Shown here piece after piece: positions 39,046 to 49,500 of a DNA stretch of 64,000 bases. Location: the sequence record OR699282.2, one strand, 5' to 3'. Under the pieces are notes generated by a model. It saw nothing but the letters and a program-made list of their open reading frames with translations. It ran no database searches and was not told the DNA's origin. Positions within the stretch are counted from its first letter, which is position 1; every line of letters begins with the position of its first letter. A program made the translations under genes and the position numbers.

Positions 39046-39654
39046 ATGAAATTAGAAACAGAACAACCAAAACTATTTGTTAAAGGTCATGTCCTAATTA
39101 CTGACGTTACTGATCCATCAAATCAAAAAATCGTTTTAGATAAATCTAACGCTATTCACCCTGAAAATATGAGTACTGCCATTGCTAATGCGTTAGCATA
39201 TAATCAAGACAGTACTGGTATTCCTATTGGTTCTATTAGCGAGATGCGTTTTGGTAATGGTGGTACAGTAGTTTTAAGTACTGGTCGTGTTACTTATAAA
39301 AAACCACGTGTTACATCATTCGGTGGTTTGTATTCACAAACATATTTGAAAAAAATCAACCCACGAATTACGGCAGGTATTGATTCACAATACAATAATA
39401 TTACAACTGTACATATACCAGGACAGTCCTATACTGATATTGTATGTATTTGTACTCTAGGGTTAGGTGAACCATCCGACCAAGGTGTAAGCTCAGGGAC
39501 AAGCATGGATGGAACTTATGTATTTGATGAATTGGGATTGTACACGGATGGCGATAGTGGTATTCCTTTAACCCATATCATTTTTCACCCAGTTGAGAAA
39601 AGTGCAAACCGTGTCTTACAAATTAAATACACAGTTCGTGTACAATTACAATAA
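39046..39654 (+). CDS. putative baseplate protein
   Basis: KGHVLITD..NAIHPENM and FDELGL..LTHIIFHPVEKSANR..I.YTVR pattern; located among baseplate genes. Confidence 0.65.
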   Translation: MKLETEQPKLFVKGHVLITDVTDPSNQKIVLDKSNAIHPENMSTAIANALAYNQDSTGIPIGSISEMRFGNGGTVVLSTGRVTYKKPRVTSFGGLYSQTYLKKINPRITAGIDSQYNNITTVHIPGQSYTDIVCICTLGLGEPSDQGVSSGTSMDGTYVFDELGLYTDGDSGIPLTHIIFHPVEKSANRVLQIKYTVRVQLQ

Positions 39655-39666
39655 TGGGGACATATA

Positions 39667-40767
39667 ATGAGTGTTAATTATACAATTTATAGAAGTAATG
39701 GTAGTGTTTATGCTACCATTCCAAATAATGTTATTTTAGGACCAAACCAACCCGGAAGTAACCCAGTTCCGTTAAATTTAGTTGGTAGAAATAAAGTAAG
39801 TTACGGTCAAGCATGGAATGAAAACTTTTTACATTTAGTTGAAAATTTCAGTTCAGCATCTGCACCACGTGGCAACGTCAATGGTCAACTTTGGTATAGA
39901 AACACTGGTAGTACTGGTGAGTTATTGATATCATTAGTTGATAATGCTAGACAACCTGCTGATATGGTAAGTGAAGCTGAATGGGCGTCTATCCCTATGA
40001 TTACTGTTTTTAACACAGTACCTGATGGTGAAAATAGTGTTATGGGTCGTATGGTATTAACTAGTAACGGTGATTCTCTTCGTGTGTTAATGAAAAACAA
40101 AGAATGGCGTGAAATTCAAACATCTAGACCAGAAAACAAAGAGTATTCATCATTATTAGATATTAACTATGATAATGGTAAAAAATATATAGAGTTCACA
40201 CAAAGTAATAGTACTAAACCGATTGCGTATTTTAACTTAGGTGGTACTTCACAAGTAGATACAAATAACTGGACAACATTAACTAATGGTACTGGTGTCT
40301 TTGAATTTGGTAGCAACTATTTCTATGAATTAAAAATTATGATTAGAGAAGTAAATGATTCTTCTGGTGAGATAGTTTCTCTTCCATACAATTCCAAAAC
40401 CTTTTTTATAAAAGGGCAATTTTATGTAGATAATCAAGGAACTTTTGTTCCTGGTTCGGTGGGGGCAAGTCAAATGCCAGACCCACGTAGGATTACACAA
40501 TTAGAATCCATTAAAGATGTTATTACCAGTAGTCGCCCAAACTGGGACGTAAATATTGTTATTAATGGTGTAGATCCATCTATCCCAAATCCTAATGGAA
40601 CATCTAAAGCTGATTATGAAAATTGGGTTATCAATTCTCTAAACTCAAATAAAAATTTAGGTTTTCGAGTTGATGGTAGTATTAGTAATCTAACTGCTGG
40701 TGAATCCGTTAAACTACAAGCATCCGTGTTGTTAAATATTACAGGTATTCCGATTATTGGAGTATAA
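39667..40767 (+). CDS. putative baseplate/tail-fibre attachment protein
   Basis: N-terminal LNLVGRNKVSYGQAWNENFLHLVENFSSASAP..GQLWY motif. Confidence 0.7.
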   Translation: MSVNYTIYRSNGSVYATIPNNVILGPNQPGSNPVPLNLVGRNKVSYGQAWNENFLHLVENFSSASAPRGNVNGQLWYRNTGSTGELLISLVDNARQPADMVSEAEWASIPMITVFNTVPDGENSVMGRMVLTSNGDSLRVLMKNKEWREIQTSRPENKEYSSLLDINYDNGKKYIEFTQSNSTKPIAYFNLGGTSQVDTNNWTTLTNGTGVFEFGSNYFYELKIMIREVNDSSGEIVSLPYNSKTFFIKGQFYVDNQGTFVPGSVGASQMPDPRRITQLESIKDVITSSRPNWDVNIVINGVDPSIPNPNGTSKADYENWVINSLNSNKNLGFRVDGSISNLTAGESVKLQASVLLNITGIPIIGV

Positions 40768-40795
40768 AAAAAAAGGAGCCACACGGCTCCTTTTT
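40766..40795. terminator. bidirectional terminator
   Basis: A tract, GGAGCC-ACAC-GGCTCC, T5, between convergent genes. Confidence 0.85.
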
Positions 40796-40798
40796 GTT

Positions 40799-41263
40799 TT
40801 AATATCTATATGGTAAACTGTTGACAAACTGTGTACCTTCACGTATACTTTCCCATAGTGAGTAAAAATCTTTCATTAAGTTTGTGTTAAGTAAAGTATT
40901 TTTAGCACCAGGGTGTAATGGTTTAGGCCAAGAACCAATTCTAACCCAAGCATAACCAGAGCTTTCATGATTTAAAGTTGGTACAAATTCATTCTCAACT
41001 ACAATAACAAATGAATAATATTTAAATTTACCATTTTTTGTACAAAATACATCAAACGGTATAATATCAATAATGTTAGGTATTGAGTTGCCCAACTCTT
41101 CTTTAATTTCTCTCATCAGACCTTGTAGTGGTGTTTCGTTATGTTCAAGCTTTCCACCAACAAATGCCCAGTTGTTAGAATAGGTACTTCTTTCAGAACG
41201 CAAGTTTAACATCATATGTCCAGTACTTTTTGATAAAAATATAGCACCAACCGCTTCATTCAT
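40799..41263 (-). CDS. Nudix hydrolase
   Basis: WAFVGGKLEHNETPLQGLMREIKEELG Nudix box; LNHESSGYAW. Confidence 0.9.
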   Translation of the reverse strand: MNEAVGAIFLSKSTGHMMLNLRSERSTYSNNWAFVGGKLEHNETPLQGLMREIKEELGNSIPNIIDIIPFDVFCTKNGKFKYYSFVIVVENEFVPTLNHESSGYAWVRIGSWPKPLHPGAKNTLLNTNLMKDFYSLWESIREGTQFVNSLPYRY

Positions 41264-41276
41264 AACAACACCTCCT

Positions 41277-42620
41277 TTATTTGTCAGTGAAAGTTATTTT
41301 CCAATATCCCTGACGATACACAGGCATGATACTTTTATGCCATTTAAATTTGTCATTATATCTATAATAACCATTGTCTTCTTTATTATAAATGTAATTT
41401 CGTACAGTAGATGGTTCAATTAATTGTGCACCGTCATTTGTAATTTTAAACAAATAATTTGATGGGATTTCGGTTTCTTTATAAATGATGTTATGTATAC
41501 TGTTATTTACATAATATTGTTCAGGTAATGCACTTGAAAGTACTGAATCTTTCTGCACAAACCCATGTATAGTGTAATCAACAGTATAATTGGTATTATC
41601 AAGCTGTACTATAATTTTGTTGGCATCTTCATTTTCACCATACGACGCTATATGACCTTTTAGTGGGTTGTCTTCTTCAATAGATTGTTGAAATTTAATC
41701 CCTACTTTTTTGTCATCAAAATTTGGTTCTAGATATTTAAGATATTTTTCCCATGAATATATTCCACCGTTGGGAGAAACCGCAGATAGCGATTGGCTAA
41801 CCAAGGTAAGTTGGTATGTATCAGGTAAATTATACTTGGAATTAGTAATTTCTTCAACTTTAATGCATAAATTCTTGGGTGTAAAAACATCTGTTATTAT
41901 ATCTGAATAATTTCCCATTTCAAAATCAAATTCGTCACGAGCACCTTTAATATTTGTAGTAATCTGTTGGATTAATTTGGGTTTTTCAACAATAGCTGGT
42001 AAAGAAAACCATATTGTCGTTTCAAATGTTAAAACCATTATATCCAAATCTGGGTCAGTTCCTTGTGGAAAACCACGAGTAGAAAACTGACAATCTATTA
42101 GTTCAACATCACTAAGCGATGTCCAATCTAACGGGTTATCAGATAATTGAAGTTGTATACTAGGTGCAAACAAAGTTGAGATTTGTTCGAATAATTCCAT
42201 TTTAGTTTGAGTTTGAGTTACCCAAATATTCAAATCAAACGTAAAAGTCCAAGGTACTGGGTTATGTCTTACAATTTTGTATTGTGTGTCAAGATCTTTT
42301 GTGTACTCATTAATAGCAGGGGACTTGTTAGACCCCATTACTATAGTTTCGTTGGCATTAGAACGAATATTTTTACGATCCAACTTTAGTTGATTAACAC
42401 TTATGGTCATTATAGGTGCTGATGGGAGAACATTTTCACTATTCCCATTTATAATTGCTGCTGCCATTCTTGAAATATCGGCATAGCGACATGGAACCTT
42501 TTTGTATTTTGGGTTTCCATTAGCATCAATACCATTTTGTACTTGAAATTCACCAAAAACTCTGATAAGATGTTTCAGTACTCTGCGAAATTGACCGTCA
42601 TAATAATAATCTATTTTCAT
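41277..42620 (-). CDS. tail terminator/sheath stabiliser (gp15-like) with C-terminal extension
   Basis: YYYDGQFRR....F..F, VP..Y.D..R, VPW.F.F.L.IW, EQI..LF.P, LTFET.IW.S.P motifs. Confidence 0.75.
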   Translation of the reverse strand: MKIDYYYDGQFRRVLKHLIRVFGEFQVQNGIDANGNPKYKKVPCRYADISRMAAAIINGNSENVLPSAPIMTISVNQLKLDRKNIRSNANETIVMGSNKSPAINEYTKDLDTQYKIVRHNPVPWTFTFDLNIWVTQTQTKMELFEQISTLFAPSIQLQLSDNPLDWTSLSDVELIDCQFSTRGFPQGTDPDLDIMVLTFETTIWFSLPAIVEKPKLIQQITTNIKGARDEFDFEMGNYSDIITDVFTPKNLCIKVEEITNSKYNLPDTYQLTLVSQSLSAVSPNGGIYSWEKYLKYLEPNFDDKKVGIKFQQSIEEDNPLKGHIASYGENEDANKIIVQLDNTNYTVDYTIHGFVQKDSVLSSALPEQYYVNNSIHNIIYKETEIPSNYLFKITNDGAQLIEPSTVRNYIYNKEDNGYYRYNDKFKWHKSIMPVYRQGYWKITFTDK

Positions 42621-44110
42621 TCTGTGTCCTTATGTATGCGATAAACAGTATTAGGCTTAACTGCGTCATGTAATGGAACTTTGTTATCACTATTTACAAA
42701 CTGTGTAAGTGCTAAGTCTGCACCTTCCCACGGTTTTCTTCCACCATAATCAAAAATAACCCATGAATTCTTAGTTGCATTGAATTCCCATAACGTAACT
42801 GGAGTATAATCGGTGCGATAGAAATAGTCACCATCTACTGCATCAGTTGGGAACATATTTCCTTCAGGGACTGTACCTCGTGCTGGTGGAATTTTAGGAC
42901 GATAATCTTGTTGCGAATCAATATTACCATATACACAATTGGACGTGAATGGTTCATTGACATAAGTTACCTTTGGTTCCCCCCACTTGTCATCATTATA
43001 CTGATAAATGTGTGGTTCTTTATAAAAAATACAAAAATCTTCCACATCTTCTGGTGGAACATCACTGGTAGTATATTCTACATCACAATTTAACCATTTT
43101 TTAGCACTTTTATCATATTGATACAACGTATAACCTGTCACATCTGCGTCATTTTCTTTAAAGAAGAAGTCACCATCCATTGGTTTTCTGGGAAAGATGG
43201 TTCCACGCTTGACTTCCACAGAAATCCATGTATCATTAACAAACTCTTTGAGTACTGGGTATGTTTTTTTCAAAAAATACATTCCATTGGCAGGTTCTTC
43301 TGGAAAATCATAACCGTTAAGCATATATTTTGATAAATCTACTGTATCAGGTCGATCATCATACAAATGTTCATTTGTATAATGAATATAGGGTACTTCA
43401 TCATCAGCTTGCATGATGATACGGTTCATGATATCCATTTCATTGCCATAGTTACTGTTTTCCGACGAACCATCATCGGTATTTCCATTACCATTATTAG
43501 GGTCATCTGGATTATCAGGATAATTATTGTTACCGAGTAAATCGGAGTACTCAGGTGAGTCGGTTAGCGGTTTAACTCTAAGTTTATAAATGTGATGTTG
43601 CCACGTAACCGAGTATCCCTCAGATGTACGAAATGCATCTTGGACGACATAGAAGCGGTTTAGACCTGTATCTTTACCCAATACATCAAAATCACGTAAA
43701 TTTGGTAGTTCTATCACATCCCCTGGCATGATTTTTCTACCTAAACGCTGCATCATTGTATTATAATGGATTGTGATGTCCATAGTGTTGAAATTAAAGA
43801 ACAATCCTGGGATTTTCAAGTCTGGAGTTGCTTCTTGAACTTGATAGACACAACTAAGTGTGATAGCTTCAAGGTTGTAGTTTCTGTTTGGTGTGTCACC
43901 AAAAATTAAATCGCCAATACTTGACACAACTGATCCTGAAGATGTATAATCACCTCCATAGGATAAGTCAGTGTTGTCAGCAACTTGTTTTGGACCGACA
44001 TATGCATAAAGCCACATGTCAACTCCACCAATGTTGTATTGTTCAGCAATGGCAGAATCAATGAACTTGTAATCATTGGTTCTACCTTTTTTCCACATTC
44101 TATATGTCAT
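42617..44110 (-). CDS. neck/head-closure protein (gp14-like) with C-terminal repeats
   Basis: LIFGDTPNRNY, IMPGDVIELP, FYVVQD..EGYS.TW..H..K motifs; GGAG RBS before ATG 44110. Confidence 0.7.
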   Translation of the reverse strand: MTYRMWKKGRTNDYKFIDSAIAEQYNIGGVDMWLYAYVGPKQVADNTDLSYGGDYTSSGSVVSSIGDLIFGDTPNRNYNLEAITLSCVYQVQEATPDLKIPGLFFNFNTMDITIHYNTMMQRLGRKIMPGDVIELPNLRDFDVLGKDTGLNRFYVVQDAFRTSEGYSVTWQHHIYKLRVKPLTDSPEYSDLLGNNNYPDNPDDPNNGNGNTDDGSSENSNYGNEMDIMNRIIMQADDEVPYIHYTNEHLYDDRPDTVDLSKYMLNGYDFPEEPANGMYFLKKTYPVLKEFVNDTWISVEVKRGTIFPRKPMDGDFFFKENDADVTGYTLYQYDKSAKKWLNCDVEYTTSDVPPEDVEDFCIFYKEPHIYQYNDDKWGEPKVTYVNEPFTSNCVYGNIDSQQDYRPKIPPARGTVPEGNMFPTDAVDGDYFYRTDYTPVTLWEFNATKNSWVIFDYGGRKPWEGADLALTQFVNSDNKVPLHDAVKPNTVYRIHKDTE

Positions 44111-44152
44111 GATTGTCTCCAAAATAAATCGGGTATATCTTTATTTACCTTG

Positions 44153-44180
44153 TAGACAAACCGTAAGAATGTGATATAAT
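44153..44180 (+). promoter_or_regulatory. clpA promoter
   Basis: TAGACA, 16 nt, TATAAT with TG extension. Confidence 0.7.
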
Positions 44181-44220
44181 GTTTATTAATTAGAGTGACG
44201 TGAATCACATAGGAGAATAC

Positions 44221-46509
44221 ATGAATCTTACTCAATTGTTCAAAAAAAGCGACGAACTGGCAACATCTCTAGGTCATACATTCTTGACTATTGACCACGT
44301 AAGTGCCACAGTACTGACTATTGATAGCATCAAGAACGTATTTGAAGATATGAACATTGATGCAGACAAACTGCACAACCGCCTGATGAACTATCTTAAA
44401 AATACAACAGTTCCACATGCACCAAAAAGTGTTAAAGATGAAGACGCGAATCGCACTTCACTTCTAGTGAATCGCGTTGTACATGAGCTTTCTAAAAAAT
44501 CAGTTATTGAACAACTAAAAAGTGATGATTTTTCGATTGATGCATATTTTGTTCTATTCGAATGTCTGTCTTTCCCTAACACAGCACTAGAAGCTGCGTT
44601 AAAAGAAGAAGGTGTTAGCTGTACTGAAGCTGCACGTGCATTACAGAAACATGTTGAGTCACTTGATAAGGGTATCAACTTACAAAGTATTAATGACGAA
44701 CCGATTGGAGATAAAAAAGTGGCCCAACAGCAGCAATCATCTAAACAAAAAGGTTTGGAAGACTATACAACGAATCTAACTGCTCTTGCAAAAGAAGGCA
44801 AACTAGATCCTATGATTGGTCGCCAGAAAGAATTGTCTGCATTGATTGAGACTCTTGCTCGCAAAACCAAAAAGAATGCTATTCTCACTGGTGAAGCTGG
44901 TGTAGGTAAAACACAAATCATCGACGGGCTTGCACAAGCTATTGCTGATGGTAACGTACCTGAACACTTGAAAGACGTTGAAATTCTTTCACTAAATGTT
45001 GGTGCATTGACTGCTGGTACTAAGTATCGTGGTGAGTTTGAAGAACGCATCGACAATTTGCTAAAAGAACTAAAGAAACGTGAAAATACTATTGTTTTCA
45101 TTGATGAAATTCATATTATGGTTGGGGCTGGTTCCGCAAGTAATGGTTCTATGGACATGAGCAATATGCTTAAGCCAGCACTTTCACGTGGTGAGATTCG
45201 TGTAATTGGTGCAACAACATATGATGAATATCGTAAAAATATCGAGAAAGATAGTGCATTAACTCGTCGTTTTATGAAAATTGACGTAGTTGAGCCGACA
45301 ATTGATGAAACTCGTGCAATTGTTAATGGTTTGAAACCAACGTATGAAAAATTCCATAATGTTGAGTTCACATCTGATGCAATGGATGCTGTAATTTCTC
45401 TCAGTGATAAATTCCTGAAGAATAAGCACTTCCCAGATAAAGCAATTGATCTAATGGATGCTGCTGCGGCTAAAGTTCGTTCACGTGACAACAATAGTAA
45501 GCTTATTACTGCCAATTTGATTCAAGAAGTTGTTGCTGGTATTGCCAATTTGGATATCAACGTGGTTGCATGTACTGAAAGTGATCGTATGCGTAATCTA
45601 CCAGATGCACTACGCTCACGTGTATACGGTCAAGAGGAAGCTATTCAAAAATTAGTTGATAACGTGATGGTAGCTCGTGCAGGACTGCGTGACAAATCTA
45701 GTGTTCAGGGTGCATTTATGTTTGTTGGACCATCTGGTACTGGTAAAACAGAAATTACCAAAGCATTAGCAGACGCAACTGGTGCGGAACTCATTCGCTT
45801 TGATATGTCAGAATTTTCACAAGAACATACTGTTTCTAAACTAATTGGTTCACCTCCAGGTTATGTTGGTCATGATTCTGGTAACGGTTTACTGTTGGAT
45901 AAAATTGAGCAGTTCCCTAATGCAGTACTGTTACTTGATGAAATTGAAAAAGCAGATCGTAAAGTACTACTAACCTTCCTACAGGTTTTGGATGAAGGTC
46001 GTCTGACTGGTTCTCAAGGTAAAACTGTATATTTTAATAACGTAACTGTTATTATGACTACAAACCTTGGTGCGGCTGATTCAACAAAGCGTAGCATTGG
46101 TATGAGCGGTAGTGACACTGCACAGGACAAGGCAATTAAAGCATTCTTGCCACCAGAGTTTATTAACCGTATTGATAGTATCGTTACGTTTAAAGACCTA
46201 AGCAGTGAAGCTATTGACAGCATCATTGATAAGTTCATGGGTGGTTTGAATGAACAAGTCAAAGACCGTAATGTTAAAGTTACATTGACAAAAGCTGCAC
46301 GTGAATGGCTTGCGAAAAATGGGGTAAAAGTTGGTATGGGTGCACGTCCAATGAAACGTACCATTGAACAAAACATTCGTGTGCCACTAGCTAAAGAAAT
46401 GTTGTGTGGTTCACTTGTGAATGGTGGTAACATTACATTTGATGTTATTGATGGTAAAATCGGTATTAAGCCGAAACGTACCAAAGCTGTAGATAAAGCA
46501 CTAGTATAA
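44221..46509 (+). CDS. clpA: ClpA-type Hsp100 ATPase
   Basis: Clp N domain; GEAGVGKT and FIDE; RGEFEER; GPSGTGKTE; GSPPGYVG; no coiled-coil M domain; AGGAGA RBS before ATG 44221. Confidence 0.9.
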   Translation: MNLTQLFKKSDELATSLGHTFLTIDHVSATVLTIDSIKNVFEDMNIDADKLHNRLMNYLKNTTVPHAPKSVKDEDANRTSLLVNRVVHELSKKSVIEQLKSDDFSIDAYFVLFECLSFPNTALEAALKEEGVSCTEAARALQKHVESLDKGINLQSINDEPIGDKKVAQQQQSSKQKGLEDYTTNLTALAKEGKLDPMIGRQKELSALIETLARKTKKNAILTGEAGVGKTQIIDGLAQAIADGNVPEHLKDVEILSLNVGALTAGTKYRGEFEERIDNLLKELKKRENTIVFIDEIHIMVGAGSASNGSMDMSNMLKPALSRGEIRVIGATTYDEYRKNIEKDSALTRRFMKIDVVEPTIDETRAIVNGLKPTYEKFHNVEFTSDAMDAVISLSDKFLKNKHFPDKAIDLMDAAAAKVRSRDNNSKLITANLIQEVVAGIANLDINVVACTESDRMRNLPDALRSRVYGQEEAIQKLVDNVMVARAGLRDKSSVQGAFMFVGPSGTGKTEITKALADATGAELIRFDMSEFSQEHTVSKLIGSPPGYVGHDSGNGLLLDKIEQFPNAVLLLDEIEKADRKVLLTFLQVLDEGRLTGSQGKTVYFNNVTVIMTTNLGAADSTKRSIGMSGSDTAQDKAIKAFLPPEFINRIDSIVTFKDLSSEAIDSIIDKFMGGLNEQVKDRNVKVTLTKAAREWLAKNGVKVGMGARPMKRTIEQNIRVPLAKEMLCGSLVNGGNITFDVIDGKIGIKPKRTKAVDKALV

Positions 46510-46545
46510 AAAAAAGAAAAGGAGAGCATTATGCTCTCCTTTTTT
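46508..46545. terminator. bidirectional terminator
   Basis: AAAAGGAGAGCA-TTA-TGCTCTCCTTTTT between clpA and the wedge gene. Confidence 0.85.
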
Positions 46546-46546
46546 A

Positions 46547-49500
46547 TTACTTAACTAATAATATATTTTTAATATCATTACCACTAACTTGTAGACTATC
46601 AGTGTATACTGAAAGATCTATAGTGTAACTATTTTGTGTGTAACGTTTTAACATATCATAATTACCTAAATTAATTCCATTGAAAGAATATGTAGTATTA
46701 AGTTTAAAATCATGTTCTGCACTATACATTACACCACGGAGTAAATTATTTGCATTTCTAACTTCAACTTTTTCATATCCAATCGATATAATATCATTCA
46801 TGTTCGCGGCTGAACCGGATAAAACATTATTTCTAATACTATAAGGACTTATTGATTTAGGTTGAGAAACATAGGTTGTATTTTCTTCACTAATGGTTGT
46901 GATGTTAGTAACAGTACCCCCAACAACACCGATATACATACCGTCAACCATTGGGAATCCATAAACCCATATCCCTTCATTATTTCTAAACGGTTGAATA
47001 ACACTTGAATCATATTCGATAACGTTGATTTCTAAACTATCAGTCATTTTAGTTCTTGCCAATTCACTAAGAACTCCCGCACCCGTAATTGGTAAGTTAT
47101 AACCGTTATCGATAGTAATTCCATCAACATCAAATATTTCATTGGAGATTATCCAAACGTCAACGTCATCTGGTGTTATTCCGTCATTGTACTTACCACC
47201 ATTTAAAGTAGTATCGTAGAAAACATCATAATTAATTACATCAATGGTGTAATTTCTATTTTGTTCATACAATTTAATACCATTCTTGACAAATTCAGGG
47301 TCAGCAAATGTTCTAACACGAACAATGTTCAATGCTAGAGGCTGTACTGGCTCATTTTGTTGTGCAAGAGTGATGTTATCATAACGGAGAACTGCACCAG
47401 TACTCTCATCAATCAATTCAATCGTTTCCTTACCTGTATTTCTTACAGTGAATAGGATCGGAGTTGTATTGTTTTTGATGTTAGATACACGCAAGATTGT
47501 TTCCCATGTGTGATTTTGATATCTCACAAAATCTTCACCATCAGGAGTGAAAATCATCACCTTATCACCATCAGATAGGTCATTGTCAACTATTTCTGCT
47601 TCAGTTAAGCTATTAATAGATCTCACACGATAGAAATATTTTTCATCAAACTTCGATGTTGTTTTATTAATATCATTTTCAATCTTAGCATATGAAGGAA
47701 TACTTACAATTGCTTCTGTATGTTTATATGGATTGATAATTGCCATACCTTCAGTTTGATATCTGCTGTTATCACGTAATTGTACAAGAGATACATTGTC
47801 AAACCCATATCCATCAACTGTAAATCTAATTTGTCCAACATCACGCCCAGAAGGGTTTATGTCAGATATATCCACAATATAAGGATCAACTTCATCATCT
47901 TTAACTTCCCATTTTATTGAAGAAGTTTGAGATTCCAATGCTAGGTTATCAAATGCATTCATATCATTGAAGTACTTAGCTTCAGTAATACTATCAAGTA
48001 TATATTGATAATCAGAATACATTGGATTATTTTGATCTAGTGGTAAATCATCAAGATTTATTTCAGCTAGTTCAACCATTTCACCATTTGTGATAAAATA
48101 ATCTTCCATGAAATCATCAATACTTTGTTCATCAGGTATACTTTGATATACACCGTTAACATTTAAGTAAACATATTTTCGTGGAATCATTGTAATTGCA
48201 TAGATATCAATTGGGGTCTTACTAAGAATCTCTTCAGCTTTTTCGTACTTATCAGTAGCGTCTTTGTCGAATAACCCTCTCATACCTGCTAATACGTGAA
48301 TAGCATCAGTATAGAAACGGGTATCACCACCTACTTCATCATAACGATAAACATATACACCATACTCAACTTCAAGTTTAACTTTTACTTCATAGTCTGA
48401 TGCGTCAGGATTTTTATCTTTAATTAATGAAATGTATTTTTGATACAATTCACTGCTTATTTCAAAATATCCATAGTTATAATCATTACTAGAAGAAAAG
48501 CCTAATGGAAGTCTAGTACTAGGATTGTCATTATAAGTAAGTCCACTAAATCCACATCCAACTTCATCGTGAATTTTCTCATCACTTATATCTTTATAAA
48601 GTTTCAAACGGTTTGCCAATGTGTTATACTGAACATATTGTCTAAGGTCAGTAAACATATCGTTATGCGTTGATTCTTTATAAACACGTTCCAATGTAGC
48701 AGTGAATTCATCAGTTGCTTCTAAATCTTCCGCATGGTCTTTATACCACTGGTTAACGCCATATGCTGTTCCTAGTGTTACATCCAATTCTGGATAGTAG
48801 ATTTGCATTTGATAAGCAATAAGAAGATCGAAAGTTTCTTCACTATATTCTGGGAAAGAATATATATAACGTTGTAATTCATAGTTACTAACAGCATCCT
48901 TTTCATTGGATTGATATTTGTTATTAACACTTACTAATTCATTTATGCTTGCCAAATCTTCATTTGGTTTACACTGAATATTATCATAATGCATAATAAT
49001 ATCAATTTCTTGGAATCTTCTATTTGGTGTAACGAAATCACTTGGTAGTGAACCTACCTGTTCCCATTTTTGGGTAATTTCATTAAATTGAGCGTACTCA
49101 TAATCCCAAATATCTTTTTCAGTTTTGATCCAAGAACTGTCAACGAAAATATATCCATTAGGATCTAAATCATTACATAGACCTTTTATTAAATCATCAT
49201 CAGATGTCTTTTGCTCTATTTGTGAACGAATTTTAGTTCTATAAGGTTTAACTTCTTCAAAATATTCAACAATTTGATTAATCAAATTATCGTTTGAATA
49301 GTTTTGAACTAATGATTGTTCCAAACCAACAATATAGATATATGATGTTTTAAATACCCAATCCACAACACTTTGTTCAACATGTACATATTTGACCATA
49401 TCAAAAACAATTTCGCTTTGATGTAAATCGAAAGAATTTTTGAGTAAAGCTAGTGCTTTACGAACGTTGATTTCACGATTGCTTAGTGAACCATTATCAT

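Noticed and set aside
44391-46529. Minus-strand ORFs opposite clpA
   Set aside because: Antisense shadows of a strongly biased, well-supported gene.
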